DNA from: a virus
Length of the DNA: 64,000 nt
IMG/VR virus record: IMGVR_UViG_3300024262_000015
Coordinates: 75,565 to 139,564 of that record
Reading direction: 5' to 3' (one strand)
The notes beneath the pieces are model-generated. The model did not search any database and had not been told where the DNA came from. It saw only the letters and a program-made list of their open reading frames with translations. The translations under genes were made by a program, and so were the position numbers. Below are positions 9,343 to 18,761 of this stretch, in pieces. The number at the start of each line of letters is the position of its first letter. The stretch's first letter is position 1.

Positions 9343-10412
9343 GCAAGCTTATTTATCTAGATGCAAATGCCCACGTCCCCATGAATAAGCAGGCCATCAA
9401 AGCTTATTGTGAATATCATGAGTCTATGGACGGTCATGGTCATCCACTTTCAATGACTACTCCTGGTATTGGGGCCTCAATTAAACTGGAAGAAGCTCGT
9501 GAAAATATAGCTAACTGTATTGGTAGCGAAGAGGCAGGAAACGTTGTATTTACTTTTAACTGCACTCAAGCATGTGAATGGGCTATCAAAATCTTAGCTG
9601 ATAATTGTCCTGTAACCTTTATTTCTGAGGGTGAACATTCTGCTGTTACTATGGCCTATAGAAAGTGGATAGGAGAGCCAAAATTTATAACTGAATATGT
9701 AGAAAACCATGATGGCTATAAAGACGCTGGCCTTGGGTGCATAAGAGTTCAAAACGAAACGGGATTAATTTATCCTGATTTAATCCACATGCCTTCCAAG
9801 TTATTATTTTGTGATATGAGTCAAGCTTTGGGCAAAATAAATGTAGATGTTACAGGATTAGATATTGCCGCTTTCGGAGGTCATAAATTTGGTGGAACTA
9901 ACTTAGGTTTCCTTTATTTTAAGGATCCTTCTTTATGTGAAGAACTTAATTCTGGGTCTAGATATTTCCTTGATGCTCCTGGTACACCTAATGTGGCGGC
10001 TGCTGTAGCTACTTCTGTTGCTCTTATGGATGCGATTCGAACTTTAGATGAACGCACCGAAAAAATGCGACAATTCCAAACTACTATTGAAGATTATTTT
10101 CAAAATAAAAACATTACAGTGGTTCATAAAGACAAGCCTCGTTCCCCCAATACTACTTTTATACACCTTCCTCACGCAATAAACCTTATCCATTCATTGT
10201 CTCAAAAGGGAATATTTGTAGGACTTGGCTCAGCATGCGGTGCTCTACATGAAGGGTTAAGTCCTTTTATGAAATACTCTGGATATAATAATTCTTCTTC
10301 TCAAGACTTTATGAGGATAAGTCAATTTGGAGAATATGGTATTGAGGAAGCCAAGCTGTTTATAGACCAATTTGATAAAAGCTTTGAAGAAGTTTTTCAT
10401 AAGCCAGCATGA
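9339..10412 (+). CDS. iscS: Cysteine desulfurase (IscS/NifS family, PLP-dependent)
   Basis: IYLDANAH, EHSAV, VQNETG, DMSQALGK, GHKFGG (PLP lysine), GTPNV, GSACG (catalytic Cys). Confidence 0.88.
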   Translation: MSKLIYLDANAHVPMNKQAIKAYCEYHESMDGHGHPLSMTTPGIGASIKLEEARENIANCIGSEEAGNVVFTFNCTQACEWAIKILADNCPVTFISEGEHSAVTMAYRKWIGEPKFITEYVENHDGYKDAGLGCIRVQNETGLIYPDLIHMPSKLLFCDMSQALGKINVDVTGLDIAAFGGHKFGGTNLGFLYFKDPSLCEELNSGSRYFLDAPGTPNVAAAVATSVALMDAIRTLDERTEKMRQFQTTIEDYFQNKNITVVHKDKPRSPNTTFIHLPHAINLIHSLSQKGIFVGLGSACGALHEGLSPFMKYSGYNNSSSQDFMRISQFGEYGIEEAKLFIDQFDKSFEEVFHKPA

Positions 10413-10729
10413 AAAAGCCGAAGAAAATAAAATGTGAAATTTGTGGTTTAAAACAGCCTAAAGCCTTGCACTTGCATCATCTGACAGAACGGGTTGAGGC
10501 TAACTGTACCAACCACCCTTTAAACCTTCTGGTAGCCTGTGGTTCTTGTCACAGCTTAATTCATCAAAAAATTATCGAGGTTATAGGTATATGGCCTAGC
10601 TCTAACCCCACAAACGGGCGTACTGTCGTTTTCAAGAAGGAGGGGAGGTGTAACATACCAGAACTTGAAAACGTCTCACCACCTCATATATCCCAAGCAC
10701 CAAGGATGAAAATTTATGGGAAAACGTAA
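10409..10729 (+). CDS. HNH endonuclease
   Basis: CEICG..LHLHH..NHPLNLLVACGSCHSLIH. Confidence 0.85.
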   Translation: MKKPKKIKCEICGLKQPKALHLHHLTERVEANCTNHPLNLLVACGSCHSLIHQKIIEVIGIWPSSNPTNGRTVVFKKEGRCNIPELENVSPPHISQAPRMKIYGKT

Positions 10730-11036
10730 TCCTAAGAAGTTAAATAAAAACAGAGTTCAATCAGAACCAGAAACTCGTGCTCAGCTTTATGAGATGATTC
10801 GGCTTTGGGGTGGAGATCCTAAAGAGGCAGAAATCATTATCACAAAATATGAAAAAGCAATGCAAAAATCCAGAGACCCTGTAGAACAAAAACAAATAGC
10901 CTATATGGGGCTTTTGGAGCTTCACAAACACTATGGAATCCGTAGCGCTTTGGTAGGGGACGGCATTGTTTTAGCTGAAGCTCGTGAAGGCTGGACTGAT
11001 CCTTTTGAAAATGAACGTAAAATTAAGCCTGTATAA
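10716..11036 (+). CDS. Hypothetical protein
   Basis: 106 aa ORF in a tightly packed operon; RBS AAGGA. Confidence 0.7.
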   Translation: MGKRNPKKLNKNRVQSEPETRAQLYEMIRLWGGDPKEAEIIITKYEKAMQKSRDPVEQKQIAYMGLLELHKHYGIRSALVGDGIVLAEAREGWTDPFENERKIKPV

Positions 11037-11054
11037 TCTCTCCGACTAAAGAGC

Positions 11055-11067
11055 AATATCACAGCAT
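11055..11067 (+). promoter_or_regulatory. Candidate late promoter AAT-N6-GYAT
   Basis: AAT ATCACA GCAT, 6 nt before GTG 11074, no SD. Confidence 0.55.
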
Positions 11068-11073
11068 TTATGC

Positions 11074-11316
11074 GTGAAACAAAAATTCATTGGCACAGTA
11101 GTCTGGTTTGATAAAGGACCAAACTACGGATTTATAGACGGCCCAGGAGGTGAAGCGGGCCAGGATGTATTCGTACACTGGAGTGATATTCAGATGGAAG
11201 GCTTTAAGATTCTCAAAAAGGGTCAAAGGGTTGAGTATTTTATTGGAGAAAATAACCAGGGTAAACCTAAAGCAATAGAGGTAGAAGTTGTGGAAGAAGC
11301 CGATAAAGAGACCTGA
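11074..11316 (+). CDS. cspA: Cold-shock domain protein
   Basis: GTVVWFD..YGFI (RNP1), DVFVHWSDI (RNP2), GFKILKKGQRVEY. Confidence 0.92.
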   Translation: MKQKFIGTVVWFDKGPNYGFIDGPGGEAGQDVFVHWSDIQMEGFKILKKGQRVEYFIGENNQGKPKAIEVEVVEEADKET

Positions 11317-11731
11317 GTTTTGGATAACTAACATTTCTCAGAGACTCAATGTATCTATAGATGACCTAGGAATTCGTTTGAATCCCTTACAGAGCATAGA
11401 TTTATTCTCAGGTCGATACCCTTTAATAACTGGTGAAGATATTAAAAATTCTGCTATAGCCGGCTCAATATATAAAAAGAGTAAATATATAAAAATTAGA
11501 GTAGAGCAGCCGCCAAAACTTATTCCTCCAGGCATTTATGTTTCAGATAAGCCCCGACAATATGATCTCAAAAACCTTACCCCCAATGCTCCTAAAAAAG
11601 AGTATGAGGAACTTGATGGCTTAGATAATTCTACAGATACACAATGGGCGGCAGATGAAGCAGAAATGGCCGAAGCTGACCGGACCGCTGGATTATCTCC
11701 TAAAGCAACTAGTGAAAAAGAAAAAGAATAA
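11288..11731 (+). CDS. Hypothetical protein, N-terminus similar to the 4212 product
   Basis: 147 aa; NISQRLNVSI..ITGEDIKNSAIAGSI. Confidence 0.7.
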   Translation: MWKKPIKRPEFWITNISQRLNVSIDDLGIRLNPLQSIDLFSGRYPLITGEDIKNSAIAGSIYKKSKYIKIRVEQPPKLIPPGIYVSDKPRQYDLKNLTPNAPKKEYEELDGLDNSTDTQWAADEAEMAEADRTAGLSPKATSEKEKE

Positions 11732-11774
11732 TCACCACCCTTATTCTCCAGGCATTTAAAATCATTTAAATAGT

Positions 11775-12110
11775 ATGACTACTTCTATGTTTGCCAACCC
11801 AGGCCAAACGGTTACATTAACTGTTCAAACTGTTGATGGTTATGGAGAAAGAGCTAATGTCGCTGCCCTTCCTAGAATAATGAGCGTTTTGTATCCTAGT
11901 CTCTCCCCGGTCTTAGGGTATCCACAAAACATGTCCAATGTTCAAACAGGGCTCTATGCTCATCAACTCACTCTTCCTACAGGGCCAGTTTCTTTAGGAA
12001 CCTTTGTTGTTAGCACACGCTATGTAGCTTTGAATGGCAGTATTGTTTGGGACACTTTTCTTATTCAAGTAGCTCTCCCATTTGGAAATAGTTCGCTTTC
12101 CCCTTGCTAG
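11775..12110 (+). CDS. Small Ig-like virion protein (1 DGY)
   Basis: 111 aa; aligns by eye to the N-terminal domain of the 12621 product. Confidence 0.65.
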   Translation: MTTSMFANPGQTVTLTVQTVDGYGERANVAALPRIMSVLYPSLSPVLGYPQNMSNVQTGLYAHQLTLPTGPVSLGTFVVSTRYVALNGSIVWDTFLIQVALPFGNSSLSPC

Positions 12111-12116
12111 GACCCC

Positions 12117-12587
12117 ATGAAACACGATCTTAAAGCTCAAATTGATTTGGTTTGGAAAAAGGTGGCCGCAGAACCTAAGCCTGTTGTTCCCAACCTTCCT
12201 ACCCGAAGCCCAGATGACCCAAACCCTAAAGTAAGACAAAAACTAATAGAATACAAAAAAATACTCGGCCTAGCTCACGAAAATGTAGATGTGCTAGAAA
12301 AACTTTTGCCACTAATTAAAGACGATAGGGAGCGTAAATACCGAGAAGACAATTCTTTAAGATCCGCTAAAGATAGAGTTAAGCTTTATAAACAATTTGT
12401 AGACCTGCTTCCTCAATTTAAACTATTTGAGGATAAATCTATTGAAACAGAACTGGATGATATCAATCCTAATTTAGCAGAATTATACACTACTGCTAAT
12501 CCTACAACTCTAAGAACCAATTTACGAGTTGAAATACAAATGAATAAACAAAGAATTGTAGATATTACATTAGGCCGAAGCGATTAA
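12117..12587 (+). CDS. Hypothetical protein
   Basis: 156 aa, charged and helical; KKVAA near the N-terminus. Confidence 0.7.
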   Translation: MKHDLKAQIDLVWKKVAAEPKPVVPNLPTRSPDDPNPKVRQKLIEYKKILGLAHENVDVLEKLLPLIKDDRERKYREDNSLRSAKDRVKLYKQFVDLLPQFKLFEDKSIETELDDINPNLAELYTTANPTTLRTNLRVEIQMNKQRIVDITLGRSD

Positions 12588-12620
12588 ACTTCTCTTCGCA
12601 TACATTCATATATTAGTGTT

Positions 12621-13568
12621 ATGGCTATTGTCTGCCCCCCAATCATACCTCCTCAACCAGAAATAGTAATCCCGACCCGAATTGTTCCAAGAAGTGAAAT
12701 AGCTCAGCCGGGAGATGCTATCGTTCTTTGCATGGAGTTTCGTGGACCCAATGGAGAACTAACCAATCTAGACGAGGTTCCTTCTATTGATATTGTTGAG
12801 CCTAATGGAAGAGTACGCACAAGCCAAAGCAAAGGCATTTACCAACAGGGTACAGGAAAATATGCTTTTAATTTTGAAGTTGGGATAGCTCCAGATCTGG
12901 GTGTGTGGACCGATATTTGGAAAGGTATTATTAATGGGTTTGAGGTCTTTGGGTCTGGAAACTTTGTAGTAGCCACCTCTCAAATGCCCGCTCTTAACAC
13001 AGATGGGTATAAACATTTAGGCGATGATCCGGGTTTTGACTACTCTCAAAATGCTATCTGTAATATAAATAGCTTAATTCAAATGCTTAGGGCTCGTTTA
13101 AGAAGCTCTGGAAAACGCCCTACTCACGATGAATATGGCAACACTATCTTTGAAAATTGTGACATTTTTACTGTAGAAGAAATGGTAACCTTCCTGTGTA
13201 CGTCTCTTGAACACTTTAATGCAGAGCCAACCTTCACGTTTTTTAGCTTTGAAGATACCCCAATTGTTCAAAACTTTGGCTCAGTCTTAGTTCAGGGCGC
13301 TACTGTTTTTGCTTTAGGCGCTCAAGCTCTAGTAGAAAAAGGCAGAGAGCTAAACATTACTGATAACGGAATTAGCTTTACTCCACCTCAAGTATCTGAT
13401 TTATTAAATACTCAATACTCCACCGAAATGACGCAGTGGATTGAAATGGTGCAGCGCGTCAAGAGAAATATGAAACCGAATCCTCTGGGGCTTGGTACAT
13501 TCAGACCTCTTTCCGCTGCACCTCAAGTATTACGTTTACGCTGGCTTCGAGCTAGGCGGATCTTTTAA
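12621..13568 (+). CDS. Putative head-tail adaptor/neck protein with N-terminal Ig-like domain (1 DGY)
   Basis: Helical C-terminal domain (LRARL..EHFNAEP..LVQGATVFAL..ITDNGISF) resembles connector proteins; position between head and tail genes. Confidence 0.55.
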   Translation: MAIVCPPIIPPQPEIVIPTRIVPRSEIAQPGDAIVLCMEFRGPNGELTNLDEVPSIDIVEPNGRVRTSQSKGIYQQGTGKYAFNFEVGIAPDLGVWTDIWKGIINGFEVFGSGNFVVATSQMPALNTDGYKHLGDDPGFDYSQNAICNINSLIQMLRARLRSSGKRPTHDEYGNTIFENCDIFTVEEMVTFLCTSLEHFNAEPTFTFFSFEDTPIVQNFGSVLVQGATVFALGAQALVEKGRELNITDNGISFTPPQVSDLLNTQYSTEMTQWIEMVQRVKRNMKPNPLGLGTFRPLSAAPQVLRLRWLRARRIF

Positions 13569-13579
13569 GGCTTGGAAAA

Positions 13580-13726
13580 ATGACAGACCAAGAAATCGAA
13601 GAATTAATTTAAGAGCATAAGAGGTTAGATAGGCGGGATGAAAAACGAACCTTCATCTTATATATGATTGCCATGGGTATCATCCTTACATCCTGTGTCA
13701 TTTCGTTTGTTTGTATCTTATTATAG
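13580..13726 (+). pseudogene. Small single-TM protein gene with internal stop
   Basis: MTDQEIEELI*EHKRLDRRDEKRTFILYMIAMGIILTSCVISFVCILL*; TAA at 13610-13612. Confidence 0.45.
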
Positions 13727-13746
13727 GGCTCTTTTCATATAGTTTT

Positions 13747-14262
13747 ATGTCACTGCAAAAAGAGTACTCAAAACTTCTTAGCAAGATAGCTAAATTAGAA
13801 GCACAAGCCCAAAGAATAAAATTAGCTTCCGATTTTAGAACTGAAGAAGACCGCAAAAGTTACGAGCGATTTAAAGCCAAAGAGGACTATATTAATTCTA
13901 AAGTAAAGAAAGAGGATTTTTCTGAAGTCGAGGAATGGCTTTCAAGCTCGGACTCAGACTTGAGAGCAGCGGCCTTTTACAATGTGCCTAAAGAAATAGT
14001 TCTAGATCTAGTGGACTTAAAAGATCTCGTCACCGATCCCAACCCTGATATTAGGCGGGCTGCAGCAGAAAATTTCTTTAAAGAAATTGGAGCAGACTCT
14101 GAACTTATGGAGATTGTTTTAGATGAAGAAGGTTATGGAATGCTTAGAGCACTAGGGTCAAAAGACTTTGCGTTTGATATTCTTGGCCCTTATAAAGACC
14201 ACCCTGAAGTAAGAAAAGAATTAGAGTCATTTAGAAATCCGCCTGAAGGTTTTTGGGACTAA
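13747..14262 (+). CDS. Hypothetical protein with HEAT-like repeats
   Basis: SSDSDLRAAAF and DPNPDIRRAAA repeats; ATG 13747 preferred over TTG 13711. Confidence 0.7.
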   Translation: MSLQKEYSKLLSKIAKLEAQAQRIKLASDFRTEEDRKSYERFKAKEDYINSKVKKEDFSEVEEWLSSSDSDLRAAAFYNVPKEIVLDLVDLKDLVTDPNPDIRRAAAENFFKEIGADSELMEIVLDEEGYGMLRALGSKDFAFDILGPYKDHPEVRKELESFRNPPEGFWD

Positions 14263-14382
14263 GACTCTCTTTGCAAGAACAGCCAAGCATCCCCGACAAT
14301 ATAGTTCTCCCTTTTCCAAGAATACTGTATTCGCATGACGTTTACATTGGGAGCATTGGGGGCGCAGGAGAACGGGATCCAT
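14227..14382 (-). CDS. Small CxxC..CxxC zinc-finger protein (51 aa)
   Basis: MDPVLLRPQCSQCKRHANTVFLEKGELYCRGCLAVLAKRV..; TGCTATCCT extended -10-like element just upstream; below the ORF-track cutoff. Confidence 0.55.
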   Translation of the reverse strand: MDPVLLRPQCSQCKRHANTVFLEKGELYCRGCLAVLAKRVLVPKTFRRISK

Positions 14383-14429
14383 AAAAGAGCAGGATAGCAC
14401 CGGTCAGCTTATATTCTCATATAAGATTC

Positions 14430-14609
14430 ATGGACCTTAAAAAAATTGGCGATGCGGTAATGTTATGTTGTGGAAGGAAGCGTTGTCCTATCCTCACCAA
14501 ATCTAAAGACGGTAGTTATGATCTTACTGATGATTTTGGTGGGAAGGTAAAGCTAAGCAGGGAACAGCTTTTATTAATTAGTGATGCTATAATTCAGTTA
14601 GATGATTGA
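14430..14609 (+). CDS. Small Cys-containing hypothetical protein (59 aa)
   Basis: MDLKKIGDAVMLCCGRKRCPILTKSKDGSYDLTDDFGGKVKLSREQLLLISDAIIQLDD*; overlaps start of next gene. Confidence 0.7.
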   Translation: MDLKKIGDAVMLCCGRKRCPILTKSKDGSYDLTDDFGGKVKLSREQLLLISDAIIQLDD

Positions 14610-14892
14610 ACTGCTTGCTTGCCTTGGTTTAATGTGGATTCTTAAATACGGAACCATTTTAGACACTCCCAGAAATATTATTAAATCCAAAAGCAAATTT
14701 TTAACTGAACTTTTGAATTGCAGTTTATGTTTAGGGTTTTGGTGTGGGGTTCTAATCACCCTTCCCCTTTGCCTTTATTCATTTACCATACAATATCTTT
14801 TGTTGCCATTAGCTTCGTCAGCAGTTTGTTGGTCACTGGATTCGGTAGTTGAGCTTATTCATGTAGCTACTAATAAAATTGAAAAATTATAA
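14602..14892 (+). CDS. Small membrane protein (DUF1360-like)
   Basis: Hydrophobic, with ELLNCSLCLGFW motif. Confidence 0.7.
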   Translation: MIELLACLGLMWILKYGTILDTPRNIIKSKSKFLTELLNCSLCLGFWCGVLITLPLCLYSFTIQYLLLPLASSAVCWSLDSVVELIHVATNKIEKL

Positions 14893-14934
14893 CTCAGCCA
14901 AAAATAAAAGATATTCATAAACCCATATGATAGT

Positions 14935-15366
14935 GTGGGCTTTCTTGACCAAACATTAAAAGTTTTTTCAGCTAAACTTAGAGTTCCCCAATTATTTATT
15001 GAAGGAACAGAAAAATTTAGTATTACCAATTCCTCCGTTTATCAGCGTGTAGGATTTGTACAACCTTATAAATATAACCAAATTATAATTAGAACACCTG
15101 GGCTTTATTTAGTCGAGGTATGCTTTGCTTTTGCACCAACCGACTTTCCTCCTGAATTTCCCGGCTACTCTATCTTTGCACAAATGCCTGGACAAAAGGC
15201 TATTGTTGTAAGCTCTGGATCAGTGTCTACCAATACTTCTCCCGATACAATTACCGTGTCTAAAAGCTTACAAATCCGAAAATCTACTGTTCTTTCTTTT
15301 CAATTCACTACCCAATTTGCTGGACGCTTGACTGAGGGTTCGGGATTCACCTTAATTTTAACTTAG
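14935..15366 (+). CDS. Putative C1q/BclA-like jelly-roll virion protein
   Basis: IIIRTPGLYLVEVCF and beta-rich pattern; precedes a fibre-like gene. Confidence 0.5.
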   Translation: MGFLDQTLKVFSAKLRVPQLFIEGTEKFSITNSSVYQRVGFVQPYKYNQIIIRTPGLYLVEVCFAFAPTDFPPEFPGYSIFAQMPGQKAIVVSSGSVSTNTSPDTITVSKSLQIRKSTVLSFQFTTQFAGRLTEGSGFTLILT

Positions 15367-15372
15367 GATCAA

Positions 15373-17781
15373 ATGGCTATTCAGGTAAAATTAACTAACC
15401 TAACAAATGAAGGCGTAGAAGTAGATGGCTATGGAATTAATCCTCCTGCTGGAACTACGTTAACTCTAGATTTTAGTGATACAGATTATGAAAACATTAA
15501 GCCCGCCCTAGAGACTGCTGCGGGGATGGGAGAGATTTCTGTAGGGATCAGATTTGTTCCAGGCTCCCCTCCTTTAATAACAAAAGAGGATGGTGTAATT
15601 ATTGTTCCAGCTACCTCTGCAATGAATTTAAGTGGAGGAGTAGATGTAGATCTTTCTTCTGATGGCTATACTGCTGATGTTTTTATTCCTGGGGTTAGGG
15701 CTACGGTTTTAAATTCCCCTTCTGGAGCAGATGAAGTTTTAAAAAGCCTGGATGCTAACACTGCTTCTTGGCAAGAAGAGGCAATAATAACCGAAGAATA
15801 TTTAGTTGGACTTCCTGGAAGTGGTGCTCCATATTCCTCTATACAAGCAGCTAATGACCAACGAATTTTAGATGGCCATGTAACAGTAAATAACTCTGCT
15901 CTAGTTAAAGTTTTGCCCGGTCGTTATGTAGAAGATGTTTCTATAAGAACCCCTGGAATTGTAGTTACCGCCGGATACACGGGCGATCCTAAGGGAGGGA
16001 TAACAAACAACGCTAATTTCTCTACCTTGGTTGGAACACTAACTATAGATCTTTCAATTAATCCCGGCACAACTATTTCTGAAAACACCATCCGATGGGA
16101 ACAGGTAGGATTAGAAAACCAAACAGGATATTGTGTTGAGTTTTCAGGGTCTATAGCCCAAAAAGTTATCTTTGTTAACGTCAGTGCTGATGGAAACGGG
16201 ATTCTACGAATGACCAATGGAGGCTTTGGCGGCTCCTTATCCAGTCCTTATTCTGACGACATTGAGGCACCTACTGCGTCTGCTTGGTATTCAAGTGTAT
16301 GGTGGTATGGGGGATGGCTGCGCACTGTGTCAGGGTCTACTAATCCAGTTCTTAAACACGAAGCAGGACAGTTTATAGGTACAGAAACCGCTCTATGGAG
16401 AGATGATCGTAGTTTAACTTCAATAGAGTGCTCTTCTACTCGCGCATGCCTTCTTACTGATGGTTCTGCCTTGGGCACCGTTCTTATGGCAGGCACTAAT
16501 GCTTTTATTTTAACTCGAAGTTCAATAACTGCTTTTGATGCAATAGCTATTGATTTCCAAACCGGAAGCTTAACCTTAAGTGATTGTAGTTTATCTGCTT
16601 ATAATGTCGTTAATAGTATTGCTGGTCCTTCTTCAGGACGCTTACGTTTTTTTAACCTAAGACAGTTAGATACCGCTCCTTTTACATTAGGAACAGCATG
16701 GGATGTTCCTAATGCAGATGTCCAAAGCCTTTATAATTCGGTTGGTGCGATACTAAATTTTAGTGATAGCTCCGCCCCTTATAAAGAACAAGATCCTAGC
16801 GCTCTTGTCCAGTTACAAAGCAAAGAACGAGGTTTTCTCCCTCCCGTAATGTCATCTTTTGATCGACTAAACATTGCTACTCCGGCTAGAGGATTAGAGG
16901 TTTATGACTCAGATATTAATTACCCCTTTCATTTTAACGGAATCCAGTGGTCTGGAGACGGTTACTATTCGCCCCTCGTTCCAAATAATTGGGCACCCCC
17001 TATTCCAAATAGCACATCTGAGGCTTTAGATGATCTAGCAGGAATACCATTTCCTAACCGGGTAAATATATCTGTTAACAAATCTACAATAGATAACTAT
17101 CAACGAGTAATACCTACCCTGCGTTCACAAACTGGACCCAATTTAACTGGAGCTTACAATGGCGGGGGAATCGGGAATAAGCCTATCTTAGGGCTTAGAG
17201 GATTTTCGGGCCTTCCTTTAGGAGATATAGATTCCATTGAATTTACATGGGAAGATCTTTTACCTGAAACAACTACTTTACTATTATCCTCAGGGCCTGT
17301 AGTAGGAGATCATGGAGAGCCTTTGGGATCTTCAGCCATTGCTTTACTTCCATTTATAAATTTAATTGTTGACCTTAATGGAGATGGCAGTCTAATAAAA
17401 ATCTTTAACATGTCCCAAACCCTACCGCCCACCAGTGATACAAACTTTACTGTTACCGCTCTTGGTCCTGATAAATACAACTATCTTTTTGACCCATTGG
17501 TAAATACCTTCGAGATAGTACTAGGCCTTCCTCCGGTTCCCTTTGTCGCGCCTTTTATTAATAATGGCCCGTCTTGGTTTGCCCAGGCCTTCCGAATGGA
17601 AGACATTATTGCTCTGGGTGCTTATCCAAACGCAACGCTCATAGATATAGCCAGTGGAGATGGTGGGATGCCTAAAGATGTTGTTACGCCTTCTATTGTA
17701 TTAGCTATGGGCGGATCTAGCAATGTAGATGCAGGGCTTAAGATAATAGAAGAAATAAAATTTAATGGAGTAAGGCAATGA
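15373..17781 (+). CDS. Fibre/spike-like protein with a pectin-lyase-like beta-helix (3 DGY)
   Basis: PYSSIQAA..VKVLPGRYVEDV beta-helix cap, plus SALVQLQSKERGFLPPVM..PARGLEVYD module. Confidence 0.65.
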   Translation: MAIQVKLTNLTNEGVEVDGYGINPPAGTTLTLDFSDTDYENIKPALETAAGMGEISVGIRFVPGSPPLITKEDGVIIVPATSAMNLSGGVDVDLSSDGYTADVFIPGVRATVLNSPSGADEVLKSLDANTASWQEEAIITEEYLVGLPGSGAPYSSIQAANDQRILDGHVTVNNSALVKVLPGRYVEDVSIRTPGIVVTAGYTGDPKGGITNNANFSTLVGTLTIDLSINPGTTISENTIRWEQVGLENQTGYCVEFSGSIAQKVIFVNVSADGNGILRMTNGGFGGSLSSPYSDDIEAPTASAWYSSVWWYGGWLRTVSGSTNPVLKHEAGQFIGTETALWRDDRSLTSIECSSTRACLLTDGSALGTVLMAGTNAFILTRSSITAFDAIAIDFQTGSLTLSDCSLSAYNVVNSIAGPSSGRLRFFNLRQLDTAPFTLGTAWDVPNADVQSLYNSVGAILNFSDSSAPYKEQDPSALVQLQSKERGFLPPVMSSFDRLNIATPARGLEVYDSDINYPFHFNGIQWSGDGYYSPLVPNNWAPPIPNSTSEALDDLAGIPFPNRVNISVNKSTIDNYQRVIPTLRSQTGPNLTGAYNGGGIGNKPILGLRGFSGLPLGDIDSIEFTWEDLLPETTTLLLSSGPVVGDHGEPLGSSAIALLPFINLIVDLNGDGSLIKIFNMSQTLPPTSDTNFTVTALGPDKYNYLFDPLVNTFEIVLGLPPVPFVAPFINNGPSWFAQAFRMEDIIALGAYPNATLIDIASGDGGMPKDVVTPSIVLAMGGSSNVDAGLKIIEEIKFNGVRQ

Positions 17782-18761
17782 AGATACAGCGAGTTGGAAG
17801 TAAAGCATTTATTGAAGAAGACGTTTACCGTTTTTTAAAGAAAGCACAAGAGGCTGAAGAAATAGAAGCAGAGTTCTCAACCGTTCTGGAGCCGGGAGAA
17901 GATTTAACTGAAGCACAAAAAGAACATTATAAAAAACATCCATGGCCGTCTTCCTCAGATAAAATGCGCTTAGAAAGACGAGATAAAACACCTCTTAATC
18001 GGGATCAGCCCCCTTCTCATGATGCCCCTATTGGTAAAGGACTACAGCCATTTGAAGAAGCAGAAGGGGATTTATTAAGCACAGAAAGAAAAAAAGAAAT
18101 TTTTGATGCTCTTGATAATTTAGATTCTGGAGTAGGAAGCAATGAGGAAGCTTATAAGGTTATTATAAATTACATAAAGAGCATCTGGCAACAGCTTTCT
18201 CCTAAAGAACAAACCAATCAACTTTCTTCATCTAACCTTGAAAATATTTTAGAATCAGTAGCAATTTTACATGGTAGCTCAGGTCTTAAAGAAAAGGGAA
18301 ATGAAAAAAGCAATGTTAAAGAGTTTATCTCTTCAGTTCTTAATAGTACTGAACTAGCTGGTCCATTTTCTTCAGAATCAAAAAAAATGTATGTAGATCT
18401 GCTTAGACAATTAGCCGATCCTTCAGCTTGGGAAGGAAAACAAAATAAACGTTTAGAGCAAGGAACACTTTTAGTTAAAGGGCTTGGATCCTTTATTCCT
18501 AAAATGTTAGACCGATTAATTAGTAAAGACCCAGAAAGTGCTCAAGCTTTTTGGCCAGAAATGCGCAAAACATTAGAACAAGCAAAGTCCTTAACCACTA
18601 ATGAGCTTTCTCCTACAGAAAGAAAAAATGTTGCTAATTTAATTACTTCCTATTTAAGCGATGTCTATTCGGCTCTACAAAAGGCCTATACAAAGGAAGA
18701 GATTATTAGACTAACTAAAAATAGGTACCTAAACCAATTCAAAAAACCTCGTGCGTTTTAA
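17778..18761 (+). CDS. Hypothetical helical protein (possible internal head protein)
   Basis: 327 aa, charged, FLKKAQ near the N-terminus; ATGA overlap. Confidence 0.7.
   Translation: MKIQRVGSKAFIEEDVYRFLKKAQEAEEIEAEFSTVLEPGEDLTEAQKEHYKKHPWPSSSDKMRLERRDKTPLNRDQPPSHDAPIGKGLQPFEEAEGDLLSTERKKEIFDALDNLDSGVGSNEEAYKVIINYIKSIWQQLSPKEQTNQLSSSNLENILESVAILHGSSGLKEKGNEKSNVKEFISSVLNSTELAGPFSSESKKMYVDLLRQLADPSAWEGKQNKRLEQGTLLVKGLGSFIPKMLDRLISKDPESAQAFWPEMRKTLEQAKSLTTNELSPTERKNVANLITSYLSDVYSALQKAYTKEEIIRLTKNRYLNQFKKPRAF

Noticed and set aside
9709-9720. DGY in the cysteine desulfurase
   Set aside because: A single copy in an enzyme is within chance; it is counted in the total but not taken as evidence
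13610-13612. Stop-codon reassignment suggested by an in-frame TAA
   Set aside because: Long genes are uninterrupted in the standard code, and TAA, TAG and TGA all end genes normally
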